A stretch of 61,747 bases of DNA, filler included, from Sphacelaria rigidula (taxonomy: Eukaryota), in NCBI GenBank assembly GCA_964200075.2. It is 5 parts of 5 records of this genome, joined end to end, with 100 filler letters (N's around TTAATTAATTAA, not from the genome) between each part and the next. Parts side by side here need not be neighbours in the genome. Positions count along the whole stretch, not along the records: positions 24,742 to 37,011 come from CAXNAA020003942.1; 4 more parts are not named here. One strand, given 5' to 3'. The notes beneath the pieces were generated by a model. It worked only from the letters and a program-made list of their open reading frames with translations, did no database searches and had not been told where the DNA came from. Positions 24,742-37,111 of this stretch are shown piece by piece. The position numbers were made by a program, and so were the translations under genes. How positions within the stretch are numbered: the first letter of the stretch is position 1; the number at the start of each line of letters is the position of its first letter.

Positions 24742-27700
24742 CCCAGCACATTGGAGTAGTAGTCCTGGCGTACTTTCACATATTTTCATAGATCGTATTT
24801 TGCATGAGATAAAGGGCTCCTAACAATTCTAACCTCAGGAAATATTTGTGCACCCCTACCGTAGCATCCCTCTAGGCCGCATGTGTGACATCACTCCCTA
24901 TCTTATATGGTGTGACTCATGAAATGTTCGTGACGCATCGTTCCGACGAGTCATCACTCGCCAGACTCGAGTCCTACGAGTGAGTCGTGTCGAAAAAGTC
25001 ATGAGTGGCGCGTGATGGCTCGAGTTCCACAAGTCATCCTGGAGAATGAGGGCGATTGAATGCGTGACTCGAGTCTTGCGAGTCGTTTGGGGGAAAAGGG
25101 CGGCAACGACTCAATCGAGTACCAGAACGACAAGTCATTTTGGAAATATGAGGACGGATGAGAGTCGATTCTGATCACGAATTATTCTTGAGTTGACAAA
25201 ATATTATGAGGACGAGTGTGTGGCTGGAGTCATCGCGAGGCGTTTGATATCGGACGCGCGATGATGAGTATGGCTTCGATCGTACGAAGCGTTTCTATAC
25301 AATATATAAGACGAGTCTGACGCGGTGAGGAGTGAACTGGGGAAAGTAGGAAATTTCGACGACTGACTATTGTGTCATCTGTTCAGTCATATCAGCCCGA
25401 CGAGTTCCGTTGGTGTTGCTACGCCCATAATCGTCTATTTCAACGCAGCGTTTCCCAGCTCAACATCCGCTCGAAAGATATGAGGTCGTATCTTGGCCCG
25501 AGTGTTGATAACATAATTCTGACCCGAAGTCGTTTGCAGGCTTTTGCAGATCTGGATACACGACGAGAAACGAGAGAAGAAACGAATGGTGCAAGAAGTT
25601 GACCGAGTAACGTACTGCAAGACCTTGCTCATATTACACAGGAAATACAGTATTTTGCGTTCCTGGGACATCCCACAGGCTCAAGCAGAAAATGTAGTGG
25701 ATCCTCGCTGTACAGCCCAGATTCATCGTTTCCGTGCTGCAGCTGACACTTTAGTGTGGTGCGATGGAGCCATGCGAAGGCAATTTGATCTGCGCCGGGG
25801 ACTACTTGAACTACTGTACTGATGTATCTCGGTCGGTACATGAATTTTGTAGGCGTACTGTCCGTCCTCTCCCTGATAAAACCGCCATGGTGTGTTAGCT
25901 GTTGAGTCTTCAGCGAAACGAACAAGGTATTTTGCGCCCCCATCCATGACGTCTGTGCTTTGACTGCTGCTGTAATGTGATTTGTTTGAAGCCTGCGAGG
26001 ACGGTTGAACCTACGGTGGATATTGATTGAGCCTTTGTACTATGCTGCGCTCTGTACGGAACAAGGGTGGGAACAGAGTGCTTTCCCGAACGCCCCGAAG
26101 AGCTGCAAGAGCCGTAGGTGCTGGCCAGGCGACCCATGATGGTGTCGTGCTTATTTTAGGATCCATGGCAAGTGGGTTTGAAGCTTGAACTGCGGGTCGT
26201 AAGGTGAAACATTCTATTCGTAACAGGTTCGTATTTAATTTTCCATCCACGTCAGATTCCGCCTGAAAATGCAAACTCGGTTTTCGTGTGCAGCAAAAGA
26301 CAAAAGCTTCTAAGGAGACATGAAAGAGCTCACAAGCCATCTTTCCGACACAGAAATACATCAAGTGATGCGAGGTTTGCACTGTGGACTGAGATGAGGT
26401 TTTGGCAATCGATCGCTCAGGGGTGATCCATCTGTATTCAAATAACCATAACGGGATCGTGCATATACTTTGGGGTCTGCGGCAGGTTCTGCGTTTCTCT
26501 TCTCGCCTGTCGTCTCAAGACCCAAAATCAAATTTTGCATGCCGCAGAAGGTGCTAGCTGCTAAAAAATACAGGAGAGCTCAAGAAACCATCATGCCTAC
26601 ACAGAGATGTATCGAGTGGCACGAGATTTCGCACTGTGAGCTGAGATCAGCTTTTGAGAGTCAGTCAGTCAAGAGGTATTCTGACAATTAGATGACACAC
26701 TAGTTTTATTTTGTCGCTGACGGGGATCCGATCTCCTATCCGAGCTCGGGAATAGATTATATCTATCTCTATTTATAGATTGCCCTGTGTCCAGGGCGCT
26801 TCCAATTTCAATTTATTTCGGTGTTTGGGACGTTGCCGTCTCGGATTTCGGCGGTAAACCCGGAGTGGTCTCGGCTGGGCCCTCTATTCCAAAATAAAGG
26901 TCCGCCCGTAGCTTGCTTTGTTTTTACACGTGGTATTTATCTCCTTACGGTAGGTAGTGGAGGGACTGGTGGATTCGTTTCGGTACCAAAACGCCCAGGT
27001 ATCCTCATGTAAATGCTTTGTTTTGTGTCTCGTTCGAATCACGTGTTGCATGAAAACCTGCCCGTACTGCAGTATGGTTGCGTCCTTGCATTCCTTGCCA
27101 AAACTTACGGTCCCCGCGCCTCGTACACAGTACAGTTCATGACAACGAGACCATGTCGGTGGCGTTTATTTCATGCATATCCGTTTTTAAACTGGTACGA
27201 CATACTAGTTCGTACAGCACGGAGCATGCGGCAGTACTAGATCGAACAATTGGTACACCACATCTCCAAGTGCAACAACGATGGACTCGCTGGCATTTCT
27301 TCTGCGTTTGGTCGTGAAACATGAGGAGCAATACCGTGACGGGCTGCCACAGGAGAGTACGAAGCTGTAGTGCACAAGCACGCTGGCACGGTGTCGGCAA
27401 CACGAAAACGCTAGCGCGCGTGCTGCTCGAAAATAACGCGCTACGCCGGTGTTATTGAATTCAGTGCGTGTTATTGAATTTCAACGCAGAGCTTACCCTT
27501 TGGGTGTGGAGCCGATACTGTGTACCAACCACGGCGTGACGCCTGCGGCGGTACTGTCGGCTCCACACGTGGACAAATAGCACCCTATGGGGCACGTCTA
27601 CAGGGTTCAGGGAAACGGTGCAGTGTTTCTCGCGGGGATCTGGCTGTAGGGTCTTCTTTGCGCTCCACAGGATGCTTCACAGGGTTCAGGGAAGCTGTGC

Positions 27701-29211
27701 AGGGTTTCTGTTACGGTGGATATCGACTGTATGTGTAGTATTCGTTTTGTAGTACGTGTGGCAAGTGCAGTAGGTCTTATTCCATTCGCATGTTGGTGTT
27801 GTATTCCAATCGGGAGTCCTTGACCGGAGCCCACCGCCCACACAACTTCCAGCACCCAGCAACTCTCGTTTAGCTACCTAGCTAAGACTAATTAATAACA
27901 GAGCTATCAGCCACCACTTGGAGACACCTCGCTTGCAAGTAAGTCAACAGCACCTCTTCTGCACGTGAAAGTGAGTCCCTGCTTGGCCTTGCGATGCAGT
28001 GCTTATCGGACTCGATGGTCTGTTACTCACGAGCTCAAGGGTCATTCCTCTCGACTGCGATCGTTCAATGTGGCCAGCCACTGACCTCATGTCACCCCTC
28101 GCCGGGCGTGTTCTTTGAGAGTGACGCCAGTATCACTTCATGATCAGGCCACGACATGGTGACCAATCGAGAATGTAAGCAGTACGGCACAGTCGCATCA
28201 CTGTAGAGCTGCACTGTTTCGCGTTGTGTCTGCATACGGTGTACGCAGTAGTATATAAATCGTGCTTTCTGTTCAGCATAGGGTCTTCTGAGCAACGATC
28301 ACGTGTTTAGGTGCCAGAATCTTACATGCCTGTTGATTCCTCGAAGCGACCATCAGCTGGACAGAACAGAGCTGGGACACCTGGCTGCAGCGTATGCTTG
28401 CCACCTCCCGTGCTAACACGACAGCACAGGTACGTCCTGTGATTCGTCATTTCACGTGCGTCTGCTTCCGTGTACGTGCACTGTTTTTTCACAATTTCAA
28501 ATTTCAAAATTCACAAATTCCAGGTCGGGATCTTACGGTAACGCACGTTCGATCAATGTGCCCCATACAGTACCCACAGCGGGTACGCTCTGTACGAAGT
28601 GCTCCGTAGGCAGGAGGTAAGTGCTGTTGATCCACTCCTAGAGAGTGAAGTGCCCCGAGACTGAAACCGGCAAAGATGCGTGCGCAAAGTACACATGGGC
28701 GGCGGTTGTTGGGGCTGAGTACCTGGAGGGATTGAGAGACGGTAACCCACGTTCATCATTCAGGTGTGTACTGTGACAGAAAGCAGCTCCTGTTAGATCT
28801 GATGCCCAGGTACCTACCATGTTGGCCAGGTACGTGTTATCATGGTGTTTGCACCACATTAGCCAGGTACGTGATCACATGGTGTTTGCACTGTACTGTG
28901 TGCTGTGGTAGCATGTTTGCACTGTGCAACTTTGTACCAAACAGGACTGCTGGAGCAGTTGTTCGGATCATCCTATGTGAGTCCGAATGAGTTTCTTACC
29001 AACATACGGAGCTTCTGTGCTGGAGTCATCCTGGCGGCGAAACATGTTCAACCCCCGGCAAATGACGAATGGCCCCTAGTATGATTGATTGATGTGCGGC
29101 AGTGTGAAAAGTCATTGCGCGGGTCAAGTCGTATGGATTCGCTTCCACTCCACGCCACAACATGTCGCCACTGCATTGTCATTGTGTCGCCACCACATGA
29201 GATCGTCACAA

Positions 29212-29301
29212 CAATACATGGGACCATCACTACACTACATGGGACCATCACTACACTACATGGGACCATCACTACACTTCAGAGTACCGTCACTACATGG
29301 G
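29212..29301. repeat. 21-bp minisatellite (CATGGGACCATCACTACACTA), about 3.5 copies
   Basis: Read directly from the sequence. Confidence 0.9.
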
Positions 29302-31239
29302 TTCCTTCAGGCTGGGAAATCGGGGGCAACCAGTGCCGTTGATCGGCAGCAGTAGACACACCGATTGTGAAAGTCATTATATGCGTGGCTCACGCCTTGA
29401 CCATTCTGTTTTGTTCACCCTGCTTCTACTTTAGCGTTGCGTTTGACTCTTCCCTTCACAATTGACCCATATTTTATCTTATCTGGTTTTACTGTATTCT
29501 ATTATATTTTTATCTACTTTTACGTCTTTATTTATTTTTGAAGTTTCGGAATGGCATACGAACATCGGCAGAGCGCGCACTAATACTACACCCCCCATCC
29601 GCCCCTGCCGCTTTTGCTGTTCGATTTTGCCCGCTCCTGTCGCCCTGAACGTGCCTGCGCAATGCCGCGAGTCATCCCATGGTCGTTGGTATCGCATCAT
29701 ACCATGTTTATATCCTCTCCCGCTGGTATTGTTTGCTGTTGAACTTTTTCTATTCGCTATCAACCGTTTAATACTGGTGACCCCCTTCCCTCATCGTCTG
29801 CATTTAGCAGTCGTAATCCACGGTGCACTATTTGCGCCATTCTCCCCTTTCGCGGACTCTAATCATTTTTCTTTGTGTTCTTCCTCTTTTTGCCCCCCTG
29901 TCTGCCGTATGGTACTCCTTGATTTTCCGCCGTTTGTCTCCTCTCTTTCTACAATTTCAGTTATATTCTCTACTCCCCGTGGTAATTTCACTCTACAGCC
30001 ATCTTCGCTATGTGTTTTCGCTACCTTCATGTTGCAAGCGTACAGCCCCTCCCATCCACGGTGTTTTTTTTTGTAAATATTTTGCTAGAGCCATTGCCTG
30101 ACGCACGAAAGTACACCCCAGGTACATTCGTCTTGAGAATCCTGCGGTGGCAAACTCCAGGGACGACCACTAAGCGCAACGAAAGCCAGCTCGGAATAAG
30201 GGGTAAGATCGGGCATCGACAGGTTTCCACCAATCGTAGCCAATGGTGGTTTGCTAGACATCTGAGGAGATGGTGAAACCATATATCGGGAAGGTTGTTG
30301 CGTACGGTTAACAGGTGGGTGAATCGGAGAAATGGGAGCTGGTAGGCGTCCTGCTGGGATCTGGACACTGGGCTGTTCTCCACGGACCCGAAGCAGGTTC
30401 TGGTCATCATCAGCGGGGAGCTACGGATACCCCCTTGTTTGAGAGTACTGTCCTCCATTCGCAGCAAATCAACGCCACCCTTTTTGTCGAGTAGCGTCAC
30501 GTAGCTTCCCAAGTGGTAGACCCGAGACCGTCCGAACAGCACCCGTCAAGGTTCCGTAACAGGTGTAAGTACTGGCCATTCCGCACAGTTAGCGAAGGAA
30601 CGAAGGTAGGCGAAGTGCTCTCCGCAGGGGGACACACGCCTACTTCATCCGATAGACCTCGAACTGGACATAGTGGCGAATGATCGTGCTCTGTAGACCC
30701 TGACCAACGCTTCCAGTCTGATCGCCAGCAAGGAGACCCTTTGGGAGAACAGGTGCAATCGAATCTGAGGGGGGGCGTACTCATTTGTTGCTTGCCTTAG
30801 TCGTTTGACCATTGACCACGCATCCCTTTCGAGACGGAGCACCGCTCCTACTCCTAATAGAGACACCTTCAACATTCCGGCGCGCACTACGCTTCTTCCA
30901 TAGTTCATTACGTTTCTCCCATACTCTGCGCAAAAACCTTCGACGTAGCTAATACATCAGACGATTTCATGCCTCCTTCGTTCACGTCCCGCATTTCCCC
31001 TCTAGCACGTGCTGTTCCTCCTTGTACAGTTCCCATTGCGCCACTTCATGACTTGTGCTCTCGATTGCTTTGTCACAAAGGTAGTTTTGTCTATCAACGT
31101 CCTCCTCTTTCCGATTACTGCTATGCTTTTCCCCCCTGTTTCTCCTTTTTCTCAAAGCGTATTTCAGTTTCGTTATTCGTGGGTACGTCTATCATGAGAC
31201 CACGGCTGGACCCCTGGGGGGTCAGTTGAAGTGCGACAA

Positions 31240-31770
31240 GCAATCAATCAGTCAATCAATTAATCTTTCCGTCAGGTCCGAGCATCCAAATATCTTCTTG
31301 GCTGCTGCTCTCTGTCCTGTTTCTAGCTTCTTCAATTTTACGTTCCACTTCCATACTTCTCCTGCATATTCCAGCTGTGGTACGATCAAGTTCGTCAGGA
31401 TACATATCTCAATCCTGGTGTCTGGGTGCGCGCGTCTCTGAGGATCACGTTCATCCTTCCTATCTGTGCCTTACCCTCTTATATTACCTTGTCAATTTGT
31501 GCATCCCAAGAACAGTGTTCTGAGATCTCTACGCCAAGGTATGTATATTGGTCTAGAATCGACATTTCCCCTCCTTCCCACTTCCACCTGAACTCCAGTG
31601 AATCTTTCTCATCCTCGTTACAAACGAGTATCGCGCATATTTTCACATCCGTTATCACTCTCATTCTCTGTTCACCATCACTTTCCATTGCCTACAGTAG
31701 TGTTTTTTGCGCCTTGTCTATTTGTTTTTGCAATCCTTCCACTGTTTCTGAAATCCCCACGAAACCGTTG
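31240..31770 (-). mobile_element. 5'-truncated LINE fragment (reverse transcriptase C-terminal part) with a (TTGA)n-like end
   Basis: GFVGISETVEGLQKQIDKA...FRWKWEGGEMSILDQYTYLGVEISEHCSWDAQIDKVI*...LIVPQLEYAGEVW...QRAAAKKIFGCS. These are typical post-YADD, YLG and LEY..EVW blocks, with in-frame stops. Confidence 0.88.
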
Positions 31771-34700
31771 GACCTGGGCGAAAAACGACGGCCGAAACGG
31801 TAGGTGAGAGGCGATCTGAGTACGAAATAAAAGCGATACCTGGGAGTCGATGCTGAGGAGCTGCCTGTGGTTCCCAAAATGATGATGAGCACTCGAAAAC
31901 TTAGCAGTAGGCGCCACCCTTTCCACGATACGTGACCGCTCCCTTTCGTCAAGAAGCACGACAGATATCAGGCAAGATGGGCTGTCATGCCGTTGCAGGA
32001 GGCCCAAGAGGTCAAGCAGTCGCCAAACGGCCATCAGGTAGGGGCGTGCGGTAGACCCATGGGGCGAGGTGATCAACTTGCCAACAATTGGGGTAATATT
32101 GCACTCACATACACATACATCTGCAGGCACTTGACCTCGCTTCTCGATCCCCAATTGATTTTCCACAGCCATCAAAACAAGTCAACGGGGTAGTGAGTGC
32201 CCCTGCAGAATGTGCCTAACTTGCGGTGCCCCTCAAAAGATTCGCGGAACAGAGGCGAAGAGTTTAGCGTGGAGGTAGTCACCCATTTGGGCAGGTGACT
32301 GAAAGAAGGCATTTCTTTCCGAAGCGTCAGATCTCCCACACGGTAAGAACGCAGTGGTGAGACCAGGAGGATGTATGCTGGATATGTTGTCAGAGCTTTG
32401 CAAGTCAGGTGGGTGAACACGCTTCATTGGCCCCTTAAACCAAGCGCACATTGCTTGACACGCTGCTCCCTTCCCCGGGTTGCCGTGTCGACGCAAAAAC
32501 ACACACATCTAAGCTGACCTTCACGTATATCACAAGAAGCAGAACCGAGTGCAGGACTGGACCCTTTCGCAGAACAGTGCGAATAGCACCTATGCGAGGT
32601 AAGACTGGTGATGGATCCGGAAGGTGAGATCTCAATGTCGGGATGGCCACGGCAGGAAATTGCAGCACTAGTATACGGTACATGCAAAGTTGGCAAGGAT
32701 TAATGACGGCACGCGGTCTGAAGGTGGTGATGCAAGGACACAAAATACGTACGCGCAAGATAGTCCGCCTAGTCTGCTTCAACACCAGACTTTCAGGCGA
32801 CGCTAACCTTTGATACCCCACACCCCACCTCCCCACCCTGAAACACCGTCGCGAGTCTAAATCCAGAAAAAACCGGGTTAAAAACAGCGAGCAAAGGCCC
32901 AGGATGGAGCAATGTCAGAGAGACTACCAGGAAGCAGAGTCCTGGAAAGCCTGATGATTCCCGAGTGGACGGGTTCCACGCCCTTTGGCATCTGCACCAC
33001 CCAGCCAAGGCATTAAGTATGCTACCCCGCCCGATCACGCCATGTCCCTCTGTCGCGCAGTGATGTTCCGAACTTGTTCCCCATAGGTTCCGCATTCCGA
33101 GAGGATTTGGACGGAGCTCAGCAAAAAGGACAAGTGTTCGACGACGGTGAACGCTTCGGAAGAGTGATGAGACGACGAAGACTGCGCGGCGTCTTCAAGT
33201 GAAGAGCTCCAGCAAGTGGCCGAGACGAGCGAGCCGATGGCATTGAGCGAGCGAAACAGAGAAAAGCATTAATACTGTACGAAGGGAAGCAGGAGACCAT
33301 TTTGTGGTGCATGACACGAGCGAGCAGCGCTTTGTATTTGCTTTTTCATATATATAGTAATGAGCAGTAGTTCAGTACTGCTTCTTTTTCTTCATTGGAA
33401 CAGCTGTTCAGCATTTACTTTTTTCTACTCTCTTCCGGTCTGTTTTCATTCGTGTCTTCTCGTTGATCATAAGCTCGGTTATATACCTTGTATCGTTCCC
33501 GGCTTAATTTTCTCACCTTTTAGCCTTTGATCTTGATTTGGGGGGGGTGGGGGTGCCTTCTCGATTTGTTAGCCTCGTTTTTTTCGGATCGGAGCTTCCC
33601 CCTTAGACTCTCATTTTTGTTTTCTCTGTTCGGTTTTCCAGTCTGGATTCCATTTGTTCTTTTTCCCTCAACCGTTCTGGTTTCTCTTGATTTCGTAGGA
33701 CCTGATCCTCTTTCTCGTGTCAGTCCATTTTTCTTTTTTTTTCAACTGTTTTTATGTTGTATGAATCGTTTTTTTCGTACTAGGGACGTGGCATGTCCTT
33801 CCTAGTTTCCCTTCATGTTTTAGTTTCCTTTCTCCTCTTCTCCTTTGTTGTGGGCCTGGTTCGTTCCTCCAGCACCATTTTTTGGTTCCTCTTTTCTTCT
33901 CCACCTTTTCGCGGAGTTGATCTTGCTCCGCCCTTTGTTTTATTATCCCGGCCTTGCATTTCATGGAGATTATTTACTTCTTGGTTTTGTCAGACCTGAT
34001 CCTACCCTTTGTTTCATGTACCCGGTTCGTTCATCACGTTTCTTCGTCCTCGGAGAACGTTGATCCGATTTTACGGTGCCCCACCCCTTTCGAGTAGAGC
34101 ATATCATATCGTGGAGTGAGCATGGTGCAAAAAGGGTGGGCACCGAGTACCTGCTTGGACACTGTACCATGACGGAACTGTTAACCTAAGATATAGGGGC
34201 CCCCCTGTGTCCAGTAGGTCGGTTGCTGCTGGTCGGTGAGGGAAAAGCCTACGCACTCCCATCAGCCAGTAAGCGCTTTCTTGGGGTTTGTTTAGTGGGT
34301 CAGATCTTTTTGCGAGTCCTACACTTCCCGGGATTGTAAATCAATCAAGGGTGTCTAAGCGCCGTCACCATCGGAAAATAGCCACCGACTATTCTCCGTG
34401 GTTTCTGTTTCCAGTGTAACTGGGATCCCGGGACTACATAGCACATGCGAAAGCACTCGCTATGATCCGGAAGGGAGTGAGAGATTTTTTCCCCAAGCGA
34501 TGAGGCTTTTTTCTGAAAACCACACACGTGGACGGATAGCACCCTGTGGGGCGCACTGTGCAGGGTCCGTACGGGGTCCTCCATAGTCTTGGTGAAAAAA
34601 CCCTGACAGTGAAATGCAAAATCTGTACCCCTCGTAGCGTTTTGATAGGGTTTTCCCCAGGGTTGGATTTGCAGCCCTGTGTAGGCACGTCAGCAAAGCC

Positions 34701-37011
34701 CTGCACAGTCATGTGGCAGTGTTTTGGTGGAAAAACCTCAAGTTTTTCGTTTGAAAATTGCAAAGATTTTGGTACAAAATCTATACATTAATATATCTTC
34801 AATAGCTTGTCCTCCTGTCCGAGGTAAATTCCTCTTCACCCGATTTGAATCGAGCGAAAAGGAATTTATTATGGACAGTAGGACAAGCTCTTCAAAACAG
34901 ATCCTTTTCTCGCCCAATTTATTTCGGCAAAAAATATATATATATTTAGAACAGTAGAAGAAGCTGTTCAAGATCTATCCTTTTTTCGCCCATCTTTGAG
35001 ATAAGCGAAAAAAGGATCTATTTCGAACAGCTTCTTCTGCTGCGCAAATCCCATGCACACTGGCAGATTCGGAATTTGACCGGCAGAAGAAGCTCGAAAT
35101 AAATATTCATTGCCCCCTCGAATTAATCCAGAGATTGAGGGAAAAGAAATTCATGGCGAGCAGCGTCAGCTGCTGGGCAAATCCCGCACACTGCATCGTT
35201 ACCAGCGCATGGGATCCGACACGAAGAAAAAGTTGCTGGAAGGTAGTCATCCTTTTGCCCCCCAGTCCATGTGTACATGGGCTAAAGGATGAATAGCTTT
35301 CAACCGCTTTCGCTGAATAGAGATCCCACACGTTGGATACGTGTGTATGTCCACACCTGTGCTTCGTGGGAAGATACCAGATGATCGGGAATACCTCGTC
35401 AATCTATTTACATTTTCCCCAAAACCCCGTCTTCCGTCCTCTACCAACACGAACCATGTTTAGAAAATATCACTCAGTATATGAATAGTATATGTGGACC
35501 ATCACTCCGTATATTCATCACCGCACACAAATCCAACATCAATAAACGCACCCGCCCGCAGAACAGTTATTCCGCCCAGCTTTACAACCACAACCCGATA
35601 CACACAAATCGAACATCAATGAACGCAACCGCCCGCAGAACAGTATTATTTCGCCCAGCTATACCACCACAGCCCCGCAGCAAAGAGCACAGGTTGGGCA
35701 CAGGGATATAGACACATGCACACTGCCGTGCGGGTGGATATGAAATATTTCTCGTTGGTGGAAACTTGAGCACCTACTTCTTTCATGGTCGCGACATCGC
35801 GCGGCGACGGCATACGCGGGGTGCGTATACCGGCGCGGGTGCGAGGAACAATAATCAACCAGCCGCCTATGTTATGCATGCTGCGGACGCACCGCGATAT
35901 AACATACTGTAGTGCAGCATACAGGCCGCGTACGATATGCTCACGTTGTTCGAGTGCTTTTCACGTCGCACTGCAGGTAGAGAACATGCATATACACATT
36001 GTCCTGCGCTGTCTGTACTGTATACGTTTCCCCTTCCCTTTCACGCCCTACTTACTGTGCTGCAGCAGCTGTGCGCGCAAATATGATGTGGAACGGGCGT
36101 GAAAACCTGGAGTTCGTGACGGCATATGACACCCGCCCCATATATCAAAATAAGCTGCAGGCATCTATACATTGTATTTATAGCCAGCCATCTGCAGTAC
36201 ATGGTGCCGCACGTAGAAGCCCGGCGGTATAGCGCACTGTCCCGCATGCAATGGTATTGTACAATCCAGTATAGTTTATTGTTGTGAATATATATCCCGA
36301 TTACGCAGTATGCGATAAGACCGATGTTTCATTATCCCCTGTATATTGTTTTAGTTTCGTCGACGCGGGACTACGGGGTTTTCATCAGGTGTATGCATCT
36401 ATCAGCGAGGTCAATTGCGATATGTTATCATGACATCAGCTGCAACAAAAGCTTGCGAGCAGCATATAGGACTTGAACAGCTGAAGCTGCTCGAGAGCAA
36501 GTTCTTTCTCCACCCAATTTCAGGTGTTCTTGGTGGTGTACAAATTCCATCTGCTATATACAGTGTATATGGGATTATCTGTACAGCTGAAGCCCTTCGA
36601 AATGAATCCTTTTTCCCCTATATTCCAAGTTTGGAATTAGGATTTATTTCGAATGAATCCTTTTTGCCCTATTCCAAGTTTGGAATTAGGATTTACTTCG
36701 AACAGCAGCGGCTGTCCAACTTTCAGATTTCCATTACACTGGTGCCCCTAAAAACGATTCGGGGGATTTTAGTGTTATTGACACGGACCTTCGAGGGCCC
36801 CAAAATTCAGAAGTACAAAAAAAGTAGGCCATCCTTAACGACTACCACGCGTAGCTCCGTGTGTAACATAGTGACTGTACAACGCTGAAAGTCAGGGATC
36901 GATTCCCCGTCCAACCTGTTCAGTTCTATTTCCCGCCAGTACCTTGCGCCCGCAGCTGCATGTAAAGAGTAGTGTTTGTGCGTGAACACACTGCACAGCA
37001 TTCCCAGCAGC

Positions 37012-37111
37012 NNNNNNNNNNNNNNNNNNNNNNNNNNNNNNNNNNNNNNNNNNNNTTAATTAATTAANNNNNNNNNNNNNNNNNNNNNNNNNNNNNNNNN
37101 NNNNNNNNNNN
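37012..37111. other. Artificial contig linker
   Basis: N44-TTAATTAATTAA-N44. Confidence 0.99.

Noticed and set aside
25435..26382. Three ORFs in one minus-strand frame separated by few stops (readthrough or pseudogene?)
   Set aside because: There is no recognisable domain, several stops and weak donor sites. It cannot be distinguished from chance.
29212..29301. Short direct repeats as a possible CRISPR array (also 55010-55190 and 57960-58340)
   Set aside because: The repeats are contiguous without unique spacers, the context is eukaryotic, and there are no cas genes.
29462..30076. 204-aa hydrophobic ORF
   Set aside because: It is a product of T/C-rich low-complexity DNA, with no motifs or splice support. 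The same applies to 33527-34063.
30330..30910. Possible decayed LTR-retrotransposon gag (AWSMV..., TCF.. knuckle-like) on the minus strand
   Set aside because: There is no intact CCHC motif and no pol domains or LTR pair were found. It is too degraded to call.
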